Part shown: one piece after another, positions 19,393 to 29,200 of the stretch
How the letters are laid out: each line of letters begins with the position of its first letter
How positions within the stretch are numbered: position 1 is the first letter of the stretch
Origin: Elusimicrobiaceae bacterium
GTDB lineage: Bacteria > Elusimicrobiota > Elusimicrobia > Elusimicrobiales > Elusimicrobiaceae
Direction: 5' to 3'
DNA length: 64,000 nt
Assembly: GCA_045612285.1 (NCBI GenBank)
Contig: JAZKYS010000019.1
Coordinates: 1,447-65,446, forward strand
The notes under the pieces: generated by a model
Database searches by the model: none
What the model saw: only the letters and a program-made list of their open reading frames with translations
Told to the model about the DNA's origin: nothing
Position numbers and translations under genes: made by a program

Positions 19393-20831
19393 AAATCTAT
19401 TCCGCGGGCTCTTAAGGATACCTTTATCTTTGAACGCGCGCGGGCGGTTCTTGCGGCTTCAAGCCATTGTTTTGAAGGTAAAACATTTTTGCGGGTTTGA
19501 ATTGTGCAGATATCACCGCTTTTTAACTCGTGATTCATTTTGACCATTTTGCCGTTTACAAGAGCGCCGGCATAATGGTCGCCAATTTCGGTATGTATGC
19601 TATAAGCAAAATCCAAAGGGGTTGCGTGTTCGGGCAAAACTTTAACTTCGCCCATAGGAGTAAACACGAAAATCTGACTTAAGTTTATATCCGTTTGGAA
19701 ACTTTCAATAAATTCTCTTGGGGCAGTTAAATCGCGTTGCCACTCAATCCATTGGCGTATCCAATTTAATTTTTCGTCAAAGTGCGGGTCTTCTTTAGTG
19801 CCCAGTTTATAACGCCAATGCGCCGCGATACCATATTCGCAAGTGCGGTGCATTTCTTCGGTTCTGATTTGGACTTCAATTAATTGCCCTTCATAAAAAA
19901 CGGTTGTATGTATGCTTTGATACATATTCATTTTTGGCATAGCAATATAATCGGTAAAAGTGCCGCTAACGGGTTTAAAATTGGCGTGTAAAGCACCTAA
20001 AGCGCGGTAGCAATCAAGTTTACTTTCCGTTATAATACGCACGCCCAGCAAATCTTGTATTTGTTCAAAAGAAATATTTTGCTTAACCATTTTTCTATGA
20101 ATAGAATAATAGTTTTTAACTCTTGAAAGTAAGCGGTGCGGTATTTGTTCTTTTATTAAAACTTTATCTAAACTTTCTTTAAAAGAAAGCAAAATTTTAT
20201 CTAAACTTTCTGACCTTTTGGCTACTCCGGCAACTAAATTTTTATATTCTTCCGGCTCTAAATATTTAAAAGATAAATCTTCAAGTTCGTTTTTCAAACT
20301 GAACATACCAAGGCGCTGGGCCAAAGGGGCATATAAATTAATTGTTTCCTGCGCTTTTTCTATTCTTCTTTTAGGAGCAAGGGCATCAAGCGTTTTCATA
20401 TTGTGGGTTCTATCAGCCAGTTTAATTAAAATTATGCGCATATCGTGGGAAACGGCAATCAACATCTTACGCCAGTTTTCCATAGTTTGCTCGTCATTAG
20501 AAGTGTTTTCAAGTTTATCAATTTTGGTTAAGCCTTCAACCATTAAGGCAATTTCTTTATTAAAATTCTTTTCAATATCGGCAACGGTGGTGGGGGTATC
20601 TTCAACCGTATCGTGTAAAAGGGCTGCGCAAATGGTATCAACATCAAGTTTATGTTCAAGCAAGATTAAAGCAACCTCGCAACAATGCATAAAAAAGTCT
20701 TCACCCGTTAAGCGTTTTTGGCCTTTGTGGGCTTCTTCAGCGAAGTGATAGGCCTTCTCAATCATAGCGGTATCTTGAGTTGGATTATACGCTTTAAAAC
20801 CTTCTAATATTCTCTTAAGATAGTCTTGCAT
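19389..20831 (-). CDS. rel: RelA/SpoT-family (p)ppGpp synthetase/hydrolase (HD + synthetase + TGS, no ACT)
   Basis: HD motif HDTVEDT, synthetase YQSIHT, and a TGS domain at the C-terminus. Confidence 0.9.
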   Translation of the reverse strand: MQDYLKRILEGFKAYNPTQDTAMIEKAYHFAEEAHKGQKRLTGEDFFMHCCEVALILLEHKLDVDTICAALLHDTVEDTPTTVADIEKNFNKEIALMVEGLTKIDKLENTSNDEQTMENWRKMLIAVSHDMRIILIKLADRTHNMKTLDALAPKRRIEKAQETINLYAPLAQRLGMFSLKNELEDLSFKYLEPEEYKNLVAGVAKRSESLDKILLSFKESLDKVLIKEQIPHRLLSRVKNYYSIHRKMVKQNISFEQIQDLLGVRIITESKLDCYRALGALHANFKPVSGTFTDYIAMPKMNMYQSIHTTVFYEGQLIEVQIRTEEMHRTCEYGIAAHWRYKLGTKEDPHFDEKLNWIRQWIEWQRDLTAPREFIESFQTDINLSQIFVFTPMGEVKVLPEHATPLDFAYSIHTEIGDHYAGALVNGKMVKMNHELKSGDICTIQTRKNVLPSKQWLEAARTARARSKIKVSLRARGIDL

Positions 20832-20834
20832 AGT

Positions 20835-21983
20835 TTATTTGTTATGAACAACTTCTCCCAAAATAACTTCGGCCACTCTTTTTGCAACGCCGGGCATACC
20901 AAGATGCTCTCTTATGGCGCTCATATTTTTACACATAGCGCTAAATTTCTTTTGATTACCTAAAACATAAGTAGTTTCTTTGGCAATATTTTTTGGTGTT
21001 GCCTGGTTTTGGATAAGTTCTTTTACCACCTGTTGTTTACGCAAAATATTTACAAGAGAGATAAACGGAACTTGTATTATCATCCTAGCAATAGCGTAGG
21101 TTATCCAAGAAGTTTTATATACAACTACCATAGGTAAGTTTAAAAGGGCATTTTCCAAAGTGGCAGTGCCCGAGCAAGTGATAACAAAATCCATATCCCT
21201 TCTGATTTTGTAATCCTTTTCTCTGATAATTTCAAAATCTTTATCTTTCCCGCCGATGTGGCCAAACAAAGTTTCATCGCTAACTTCCGGCACGGCAAAT
21301 AAATAGGCTTTGGCATTGGGCAAAGTCTTTTTGATTTCTTTAAAAGCCTGCCAGAAAAGTTTGGTATGTTTTTCTATCTCGCTGCGGCGGCTGCCGGGCA
21401 TCATACCGATTTTAAATTCAGCGTTTTTATCTTCCTTAAAAGTTTTGCGTGAAGGTTCCGGTATGCTGTCAAGCAAAGGGTTGCCCAAGAACATGGCATC
21501 CCCGCCAAGTTCGGTATAAATCTTCTTTTCAAAAGGAAAAATGACAAACATTTTTTTTGCCATTTTAACAATTTTCTTGGCGCGGTATTTCCTGCTGGCC
21601 CAAACTTGTGGGCAGACATAATAATACACAGGTATTTTACGCGCGTAAGCGGCCTTCATAACACGGCTGTTAAAACCAAAAAAATCTGTTAAAACCACAC
21701 AAGCAGGTTTTTGTTTATCAAAATAATCTTTAATAAGATTTAATAAATCCAGCAAGGTAAAAATTTTCTTTATCGGTTCAACAAAACCGCTTGCGCCTTT
21801 TGCTACCATATCGTATAAAAAGGTATCGCTAAGGGCCTTCATCCTTTGACCGCCGACGGAATCAAAACACAAATTAGGAGAAAGATTTTTTAATTCTTTC
21901 ATCAAATTAGATGCGTGGATATCGCCGGAAACATCCCCCGCGCAAAAGAAAATTCTTTTTTTAATTGGTGTTTGTTGGTTCAT
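20835..21983 (-). CDS. lpxB: Lipid-A-disaccharide synthase
   Basis: Full-length LpxB-like sequence (FFCAGDVSGD..., MPGSRRSEI). Confidence 0.9.
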   Translation of the reverse strand: MNQQTPIKKRIFFCAGDVSGDIHASNLMKELKNLSPNLCFDSVGGQRMKALSDTFLYDMVAKGASGFVEPIKKIFTLLDLLNLIKDYFDKQKPACVVLTDFFGFNSRVMKAAYARKIPVYYYVCPQVWASRKYRAKKIVKMAKKMFVIFPFEKKIYTELGGDAMFLGNPLLDSIPEPSRKTFKEDKNAEFKIGMMPGSRRSEIEKHTKLFWQAFKEIKKTLPNAKAYLFAVPEVSDETLFGHIGGKDKDFEIIREKDYKIRRDMDFVITCSGTATLENALLNLPMVVVYKTSWITYAIARMIIQVPFISLVNILRKQQVVKELIQNQATPKNIAKETTYVLGNQKKFSAMCKNMSAIREHLGMPGVAKRVAEVILGEVVHNK

Positions 21984-22003
21984 TTTACCTCTAAAAAATC
22001 TTT

Positions 22004-22954
22004 TTATTTAACATTATAACAATTAATCTTATCTATAATTTCCAAAGCAACCTGTAAGGCTTTTGCGCCTTTTTCGCCGCTGGGGCCGGGTGTCTTATGG
22101 TTTTTAATACAATCAATAAAGTGTAAAATTTCAGAAGTCATGGGCAGTTGCTTTTCCACCTGCGGAAAAATAACTTCCACATCATCAAGCGTTTTAACTA
22201 CCGGTGTTTTTTTGCGGTAAATTTTAACTCTTGCGTTCATAAAATCTACGGAAATATAAGCATCTTGCTGATAAAGATTCATTGTTCTTGCTTTTTCAAA
22301 ACTTGCGCGACTGGCCGTTACATCAGCTACGCAACCATTAGCAAATTTCAAACGGACATTTGCAATATCTTCATAGTTTGAAAGAGCGCTAAGGCCAAGG
22401 GCCTCAATACTGATAACATCACTTTTAAGCATAGTTAAAAGTAAATCAATATCGTGTATCATCAAGTCTAAAACAACGCCAACACTTGCAACACGCGGGT
22501 CATAAGGCCCCATACGCTTAATAGCAATAAATTTTGGTTCTTTAATATACTTAAATGCTTCTATTACGGCAGGATTAAATCTTTCAATATGGCCTATTTG
22601 CAAAAGAACATTGTTTTGTTTAGCTGCTTCAACAAGTTCGCGCGCTTGCTCCATAGTGGAGGCTATCGGTTTTTCCAAAAGGGTATGCTTTTTTTGATTA
22701 AGGCAATACATACCGATTTCGTGGTGTAAAGGTGTTGGCGCAGCAATGATAAGGGCTTCAACATCTTTTAACATTTCTTTATAATCGCTGTAAGGTTGAC
22801 AGTTATATTCTTTGGCAAGAGCGGTAGCTCTTTCAAAATTAGTGTCGCAAACGCCGACAAGTTCAACTTCACTTAAAGTTGATAAAGTGCGGGTGTGAAA
22901 AGTGCCTATTCTGCCCCCGCCGATAACACCGAATTTTATTTTTTTATCACTCAT
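22004..22954 (-). CDS. Gfo/Idh/MocA-family NAD-dependent oxidoreductase
   Basis: N-terminal Rossmann FGVIGGGRIG and EKP motif. Immediately upstream of lpxB. Confidence 0.85.
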   Translation of the reverse strand: MSDKKIKFGVIGGGRIGTFHTRTLSTLSEVELVGVCDTNFERATALAKEYNCQPYSDYKEMLKDVEALIIAAPTPLHHEIGMYCLNQKKHTLLEKPIASTMEQARELVEAAKQNNVLLQIGHIERFNPAVIEAFKYIKEPKFIAIKRMGPYDPRVASVGVVLDLMIHDIDLLLTMLKSDVISIEALGLSALSNYEDIANVRLKFANGCVADVTASRASFEKARTMNLYQQDAYISVDFMNARVKIYRKKTPVVKTLDDVEVIFPQVEKQLPMTSEILHFIDCIKNHKTPGPSGEKGAKALQVALEIIDKINCYNVK

Positions 22955-23044
22955 AAAACACTACTCCACAAAACTATTATAGCAAAATACGACGAAATAG
23001 TTTTATTTTACTTAAAATGTTTATGAAAGATAAGAATCTAAAGT

Positions 23045-23485
23045 TTATTTATAAACCCAAGCCTTGTATCCAGTACCATTAATAGGAGTAGAACCTGTTT
23101 CTTGGGCACATATTTTTTCGCCCATTTCGTCAATGGATATGCATTTTCTGCGTTTATTTGAATATTCAATCTGATATTGAAGATAGGGATTTGAAGAAAT
23201 AAAGCATCCTATTTGGGCTTGTCCTTCCAACCAACAATTCCCCCCTTCATAATAGCCACTATTTGGAATTGCTATATCTAAATCTTTATAATTTGTTGCG
23301 TATTTTCCATTTGCCAGATAATAAACATCTTGGGCGGAAACAACACTTTCCGCGAACATTTTTAACTGCACATATCTGCTTTTAGCAACTGCCATTTGAT
23401 ATTTTGGAACAGCAATAGCCGCCAAAATACCGATTATTAAAACAACGACTAATAACTCTATTAGCGTGAACGCGCGGTTTTTCAT
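23045..23485 (-). CDS. Prepilin-type N-terminal cleavage/methylation domain protein (pilin-like)
   Basis: MKNRA|[24 protein letters not shown] with SD AAGAGG. Confidence 0.85.
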   Translation of the reverse strand: MKNRAFTLIELLVVVLIIGILAAIAVPKYQMAVAKSRYVQLKMFAESVVSAQDVYYLANGKYATNYKDLDIAIPNSGYYEGGNCWLEGQAQIGCFISSNPYLQYQIEYSNKRRKCISIDEMGEKICAQETGSTPINGTGYKAWVYK

Positions 23486-23522
23486 AAAAACACCTCTTTA
23501 AATGATTAAAATTGATAAAAGT

Positions 23523-23550
23523 AGTTTATCAAAAAAAAAAAAATACACAA
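23523..23550 (-). promoter_or_regulatory. Candidate promoter with T13 tract in spacer (TTGTGT-a-T13-ga-TAAACT on minus strand)
   Basis: -35-like at 23545-23550, homopolymer at 23531-23543, -10-like at 23523-23528, spacer 16 nt. About 38 nt upstream of the pilin-like start. Homologous block at 32032-32058. Confidence 0.5.
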
Positions 23551-23714
23551 CCCCCCTTTCAGCTATCCGTCCTACAAATATTCGCTGGCTTTTGCGTTGC
23601 AAAAACAATTTGCCGCGCTACTCTTTTTATAAATTTGTTCTTTTTTGTTTATTCTTTCAACAAGAGTTTTTGCATTCGTGTAATTATTATATAATGAATA
23701 TATAGGAAAATTTT

Positions 23715-24158
23715 ATGGAAAAAACTTTAATCTTAATCAAACCTGATGCCATAAGCAAAAAACTTACCGGCATTATTATTGACAGAATTGAACACCTTGG
23801 CCTTGATATGAAAGCCGCCAAGGTCGCAGTTGTGAGTGAAGAAATTGCAAAAGAACACTATGCCAATTTGGCAGGCAAACCCTTTTTGCCAAGCGTAATC
23901 AGTTTTATGCGCGGGGACTATAACGGCATTAAAGACCACAGAATTTATGCTTTTGTTTACGAAGGCGAAAATGCTGTTTCTAAAGTGCGCGCGGCCCTTG
24001 GCGCAACAGACCCTGCAAAAGCAGAACCTTGGACTATCCGCGGCGCTTTTGGCTGCTTTAAAGACGGAGTTATGCAAAACTGCGTTCACGCTTCCGGCAC
24101 ACCTGAAGAAGCAATAAGAGAAATTAATATTTGGTTTAAACCCGAGGAAGTTTTATAA
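23715..24158 (+). CDS. ndk: Nucleoside diphosphate kinase
   Basis: TLILIKPDA and NCVHAS (active-site His) motifs, 147 aa. Confidence 0.95.
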   Translation: MEKTLILIKPDAISKKLTGIIIDRIEHLGLDMKAAKVAVVSEEIAKEHYANLAGKPFLPSVISFMRGDYNGIKDHRIYAFVYEGENAVSKVRAALGATDPAKAEPWTIRGAFGCFKDGVMQNCVHASGTPEEAIREINIWFKPEEVL

Positions 24159-24973
24159 TGAAAAAGTTTTTACTTCTCTTAGTTTTGGCTTTTGTTTGCC
24201 CGCTATGCTTTGCGCAAAGCGAAGTAAGTTGGAAAACACAAGATAATTGGACTATAAAAGGCTCTTTTTTGCCCTCTAAAAATGGCAAAATGGTTATACT
24301 TTTACACGATCTTGGCAGAACTAGAGATGATTATAAAAACTTTGAAAAAAGACTTGAAAATGAAACTTTCGGCTATCTTGCTTTTGATTTAAGAGGCCAC
24401 GGCCAAAGCACTAATCTTGGCTCTTATACCGGTTTTAAAAAATCCGGCACCGATAATGAATATAACCAGATGGTCCGTGATGTTGAAGGGGCGATAGCTT
24501 TTTTAAATAGTAAAGGTTATCCGTCTGAAAATATTTTTATTATCGGTGCCGGCCTTGGTGCAAATGTGGCAGCAAAAGCCGTCGGCTTGAACCCACAAAT
24601 TGCAGGCCTTGGCCTTTTGACACCGGGGTTAAAAACAAAAGATGTTCTTTCTATGGGCGGAATAAAAATGTATAAAAACCCAGTTATGATTGCCGTTGGC
24701 TCAGTAGATAGAAAACCTATGATGGAAGCAAACTTGCTTAGAAATGCGGCCTTTTTATCTTCGGGAGAAGGCAAAGTTTTATTTTTAACCGCCTATGAAC
24801 TTACCGGCACTAAAATGCTTGACCGCTATTTAACAAGTAATGTTATTTGGTGGCTTAAAGAGCCTGCCTTGCCGGAAGTTCTGCCCGATGCCCCTTACTT
24901 TGAAGAAACACCGCAAGAAGTTAAACCCCAAGAAGAAGAGATTATCCATTTAGGAACGCCAAGCGTTTTATAA
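24158..24973 (+). CDS. Secreted alpha/beta-hydrolase-fold protein (nucleophile elbow reads GAGLG)
   Basis: Signal peptide, HDLG... and IIGAGLGANVA blocks in alpha/beta-hydrolase order. Confidence 0.6.
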   Translation: MKKFLLLLVLAFVCPLCFAQSEVSWKTQDNWTIKGSFLPSKNGKMVILLHDLGRTRDDYKNFEKRLENETFGYLAFDLRGHGQSTNLGSYTGFKKSGTDNEYNQMVRDVEGAIAFLNSKGYPSENIFIIGAGLGANVAAKAVGLNPQIAGLGLLTPGLKTKDVLSMGGIKMYKNPVMIAVGSVDRKPMMEANLLRNAAFLSSGEGKVLFLTAYELTGTKMLDRYLTSNVIWWLKEPALPEVLPDAPYFEETPQEVKPQEEEIIHLGTPSVL

Positions 24974-24974
24974 A

Positions 24975-25853
24975 ATGTCAAATTTAAGCGAAACAGAAAA
25001 AATAAATAAGAACACCGCTAATTTACATACTCTCACTTTAGATAAGCAAATTGACTTGATGAATAAGGAAAATTTGCGTTCTGTTTTATGCGTAAAAAAA
25101 GCAAAAACTTCTATAAAAAAAGCTATTGATTTAGTTGTAAAAACTTATCAAAATAATAAAACAATTTTATTTATGGGCGCTGGCACAAGCGGACGCCTTG
25201 GTATTTTGGAAGCTGCCGAACTGCCCCCCACTTTTAGCACTTTACCTAACGAATTTAAAGCAATAATTGCCGGCGGAAACAGCGCTGTTTTTAAAGCCGT
25301 TGAAGGTGCGGAAGATTCTTGCCAAAACGGAGCAAAAGATTTCCTTAAAAACTCAAAAAATCTTGGCGCGCTTATAACTATTGCCGCAAGTGGAAACACG
25401 CCTTATATTCAAGGTGCTTTAAAAACGGCAAAACAAAAAAAAGTTCCTACAATTTTAATAACTTCAAATAAAAATGCCGATAAAAAAAATGTTGATGTTT
25501 TTATTTTTCTTGATAGCGGGCCGGAGTTTATAAGCGGTTCTACCCGTCTAAAAGCGGCAAGCGCGGCAAAATTTGCTTTAAATATGATTACGACTTTAGC
25601 TATGACAAAATGTAATAAAGTTTATAAAAATTATATGGTTGATGTTAATGCCACAAATACAAAATTAAAAGCGCGCGCTGTTAGATTAATTGCTTTAACT
25701 TTAAATATCAGCAAAGAAAAAGCACAAACTTTAGCCAAAAAAACAAATTATAAAGTAAAAGAAGCCATTTTACTTGGCAAAGGCAAAAAAAATTATAAGA
25801 CTTTACTTATAAAACATAAAGGCAATTTGGAGGCCGCTTTAAATGATAAATAA
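24975..25853 (+). CDS. murQ: N-acetylmuramic acid 6-phosphate etherase
   Basis: SIS domain with GAGTSGRLG. Confidence 0.85.
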   Translation: MSNLSETEKINKNTANLHTLTLDKQIDLMNKENLRSVLCVKKAKTSIKKAIDLVVKTYQNNKTILFMGAGTSGRLGILEAAELPPTFSTLPNEFKAIIAGGNSAVFKAVEGAEDSCQNGAKDFLKNSKNLGALITIAASGNTPYIQGALKTAKQKKVPTILITSNKNADKKNVDVFIFLDSGPEFISGSTRLKAASAAKFALNMITTLAMTKCNKVYKNYMVDVNATNTKLKARAVRLIALTLNISKEKAQTLAKKTNYKVKEAILLGKGKKNYKTLLIKHKGNLEAALNDK

Positions 25854-26907
25854 TCCCGTTGCCCTTGGCTTAATGAGCGGAACTTCTGCCGACGGCTTAA
25901 CTATTGCCGCTTTAGATTTAAAAGAAAAAACTTGCCTTTGTTATAAAACTTATAAATACCAGACTAAATTACAAAAAGAAATTTTATCTGCCGTCAATTT
26001 TACCGCGCCAAAACTTAGCAAACTTGATTATGATTTAGGCAGACTTTATTTAACTTTAACAAAGAAATTTATACAAGAATTTAAACTAAAAAATATAAAA
26101 GTTATCGGCTGCCACGGGCAGACAATTTGCCACACGCCGCAAGATAAAGCAACTTTGCAAATAGGGCAAGGTGCTTTTTTGGCAAAAGGTTTAAATGTGC
26201 CGGTGGTTAATAATTTTAGAGCCGCTGATATTGCCTTTGGCGGTCTTGGCGCGCCTTTAATGCCGATTTTTGATGAAGCATTTTTTAAAAATTCAAAGCC
26301 GATAATTTTGCTTAATCTTGGCGGTATTGCAAATTTTAGTTTAGTCGGTAAAAACATTAAAACTTTTGGTTTTGATATCGGCCCGGCCAATGCTTTAAGC
26401 GACAGCGCAGTAGCCCTTTTAACTAAAGGTAAAAAAACTTTTGATAAAGAAGGCGCGCTTGCCGCAAAATATCAGCCGGATATTAAACAAGCAAAAGAAC
26501 TTGCTAAAAAATTTACCTCTGAAAAAATAGGTCTTTCTTTGGACAGAAATATTTTTGGCGCAAATTTTTTAAATAAATATTTCCCCAAATTACAGGAAAA
26601 AGATATCGCCACTTTAAATTATTTTACCGCTCTACTTATAAGTGAAAATCTTAAAAAATTTGTGCTTTTAAAACATAAAGTTAGCGCTATTGCCGTTTCT
26701 GGCGGTGGAATTTTCAATAAAACTCTAATTGAAAATTTGCAAAATTTAACACAACTTGATATCATAAACACTATACAACTCGGCCTAGAACCGATGGCAA
26801 AAGAGGCTTTAGCTATGGCTTATTTTTCCTGGCAAACAATAAGCAAAAAACCTGTTAAACTAACAAACAATAAAAAAACTATCTTGGGGGAAATTATTTT
26901 ACCATGA
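25843..26907 (+). CDS. anmK: Anhydro-N-acetylmuramic acid kinase
   Basis: GLMSGTSADG N-terminus and AnmK-like length. Confidence 0.85.
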   Translation: MINNPVALGLMSGTSADGLTIAALDLKEKTCLCYKTYKYQTKLQKEILSAVNFTAPKLSKLDYDLGRLYLTLTKKFIQEFKLKNIKVIGCHGQTICHTPQDKATLQIGQGAFLAKGLNVPVVNNFRAADIAFGGLGAPLMPIFDEAFFKNSKPIILLNLGGIANFSLVGKNIKTFGFDIGPANALSDSAVALLTKGKKTFDKEGALAAKYQPDIKQAKELAKKFTSEKIGLSLDRNIFGANFLNKYFPKLQEKDIATLNYFTALLISENLKKFVLLKHKVSAIAVSGGGIFNKTLIENLQNLTQLDIINTIQLGLEPMAKEALAMAYFSWQTISKKPVKLTNNKKTILGEIILP

Positions 26908-28319
26908 ATATAAATCGTCTTATATATCCCGGATTTTGGTTTGGCAAAAGTGATAAAAAAGAAGCCATAAAACTTGCGCGCTTAGGCGTGGGCGGTTTTT
27001 GTATTTATAACGGAACAACAAAAGAAGTTAAAGATTTAATTAAAGAACTCCGCGCAAATGCCCCCCACAAATTGCTTATCTGTTGCGATTATGAATATGG
27101 CCTAGGCCGTTGGCATAAAGATGCGCCGTTGCTTGCTTCTAATATATCTATCGGTGCAGCTGATAATAAAGAACTTGCCTATAAAAAGGGTTATTCTACC
27201 GCCGTTCAGGCGCGTGCCTTGGGTGTTGATTGGGTTTTTGCCCCTGTTGTAGATTTAGCGCAAGAGCCAAAAAATCCTATTGTTAATACGCGCTCTTTTG
27301 GCGCAAACCCAAATAAAGTGGCCGCTTTGGCAGGTGCTTTTATGGCAGGTCTTGCCGAGGGTGGTTGCTTAAATTCTTTAAAACATTTCCCGGGCCATGG
27401 CTCAACAAATATTGATTCCCATTTAGCAATGCCTGTTATAAAAAAAGATTTTAAATTGTTTGAACAAGAAGACCTTTTGCCATATAGAAAACTCTTAGAT
27501 AAGGCAGATTCTATTATGATAGGCCATTTAAATACACCTGCTTTTGATAAAAATTTGCCGGCCTCTTTTTCTACTCAAATAATGCAAAATTATTTAAGGG
27601 GAAAAATGGGTTATCAGGGTTTGATTATTACTGATGCACTTGTAATGAAAGCAATAGGACCTTTAAGTCCCTTAGCACCTTTGCAAGCAGGCGCAGATAT
27701 TTTGCTTTGCCCGAGCGAGCCGGAAGTTTTAATAAAAGAATTAGAGAAAAATAAAGAAAGATTTTCCGCCAGAATAGAACAGGCTTTAAAGCGTCAGGAA
27801 GAACTTATTTTGAAACTTGAAAATTTACAAAAAAATGCTTTAACAAAACATATAGACGCAAGTAAATTAAATACCGAAATTGCGCAAAATTGTATAGTGC
27901 AAAAAGGCACTTTTAACCTAAAAAAAGGCGACAGCGTTTATTATTTTGAAGCGGAAACTTACCCAAGTATTTCTTGGCGCGCACAAACTTTTATTAATGA
28001 GTTAAAAAATCAAAATATCAATGTAAAACCTTATACACAGCAAATAAAAAATGAAAAAATAATTATTGCTACCTACTCTAATTATGCGGCTTTCAGCGGA
28101 CAAATAAATTTTACTCAAGAACAAATAGTTTTACTTCAAAAAGCAATAAACGATAATAAAGAAAGCGCTTTAATATCTTACGGAAGTCCTTTTGTTGATA
28201 AAGATTTAAGAAATTTAACTTCTTTTATTATGGCAGGCTCTGCCGGAAAAGAATTTGAAAAAGCCACCGCGCAAGTTCTTCTTGACAAAATAGCGGCCAA
28301 AGGCAAAATGCCTTTTTAA
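26904..28319 (+). CDS. nagZ: Glycoside hydrolase family 3 beta-N-acetylhexosaminidase (NagZ-like) with C-terminal extension
   Basis: KHFPGHG and ITDAL motifs. Coupled to anmK. Confidence 0.8.
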   Translation: MNINRLIYPGFWFGKSDKKEAIKLARLGVGGFCIYNGTTKEVKDLIKELRANAPHKLLICCDYEYGLGRWHKDAPLLASNISIGAADNKELAYKKGYSTAVQARALGVDWVFAPVVDLAQEPKNPIVNTRSFGANPNKVAALAGAFMAGLAEGGCLNSLKHFPGHGSTNIDSHLAMPVIKKDFKLFEQEDLLPYRKLLDKADSIMIGHLNTPAFDKNLPASFSTQIMQNYLRGKMGYQGLIITDALVMKAIGPLSPLAPLQAGADILLCPSEPEVLIKELEKNKERFSARIEQALKRQEELILKLENLQKNALTKHIDASKLNTEIAQNCIVQKGTFNLKKGDSVYYFEAETYPSISWRAQTFINELKNQNINVKPYTQQIKNEKIIIATYSNYAAFSGQINFTQEQIVLLQKAINDNKESALISYGSPFVDKDLRNLTSFIMAGSAGKEFEKATAQVLLDKIAAKGKMPF

Positions 28320-28336
28320 ATTGATAAAATATAAAT

Positions 28337-29200
28337 ATGAGTGAAAATAACGATATTATTATTGCTAAATCTGCCGGTTTCTGCCCTGGTGTAAAAAGAG
28401 CCATAGAGTGCGTTTTGGAGCTTGAAGCGCAAGGTTATAAACCTATTTACACGCTTGGCCCGCTTATTCATAATAAGCAGGTAACGGACAGCCTTGAAGC
28501 AAAAGGTATAAAAGCAATAGAAAGTTTATCTGAAGCAAAAGATAAAAACGGCGTTTTGGTAATACGCGCGCACGGCATTACACCGGCTTTCCAAAAAGAA
28601 ATAATGGAATATGGAATGAAAGTTGTTGATGCTACTTGCCTGCTCGTTAAAAAAGTTCATAATGTTATTGAAGAATATGCCAAACAAGGTTATGAAACAA
28701 TTATCGTAGGCGATAGCAAACACGCAGAAGTTATCGGCTTAATGGGCTACACTCAAGATAAAGGCAAAGTAATAGGTAGTATTGAAGAAGCACAAAATTT
28801 ACCTAATTTTGAAAAAGTAAATGTGGTTTCACAAACAACACAAAAGGAAGCAACCTTCCTTGAAATTGCAAACATTATAAAACAAAAAGCAAAAATTTGT
28901 AATATTTCAAATACCATCTGCCAACCCACAAAACAAAGACAAACAGAAACAACCAAATGTGCTAAAGATGCTGATCTTGTTGTGGTCGTGGGCGGGCATC
29001 ACAGCGCAAACACAGCACGCCTTGCCAAACTTTGCTCTGATTTATGTAAAAATGTTATTCATGTTGAAACATCACAAGATATAGAACCGCAAATAATTAT
29101 CAACAGCAAAAAGATTTTTATTACAGCAGGTGCTTCAACACCTATTTGGCTTGTGGAAGAAGTGGCAAATTATATTAAAACTTTAAAGGAGAAAAAATAA
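28337..29200 (+). CDS. ispH: 4-hydroxy-3-methylbut-2-enyl diphosphate reductase
   Basis: GFCPGVKRA, HN and three Cys ligand regions. IspH length. Confidence 0.9.
   Translation: MSENNDIIIAKSAGFCPGVKRAIECVLELEAQGYKPIYTLGPLIHNKQVTDSLEAKGIKAIESLSEAKDKNGVLVIRAHGITPAFQKEIMEYGMKVVDATCLLVKKVHNVIEEYAKQGYETIIVGDSKHAEVIGLMGYTQDKGKVIGSIEEAQNLPNFEKVNVVSQTTQKEATFLEIANIIKQKAKICNISNTICQPTKQRQTETTKCAKDADLVVVVGGHHSANTARLAKLCSDLCKNVIHVETSQDIEPQIIINSKKIFITAGASTPIWLVEEVANYIKTLKEKK

Noticed and set aside
19389-20831. Rel protein of 480 aa lacking the C-terminal ACT/RRM domain
   Set aside because: The HD, synthetase and TGS domains are intact and the ORF ends cleanly with overlap to the next gene. Shortened Rel homologues are plausible, and nothing in the sequence indicates truncation by mutation.
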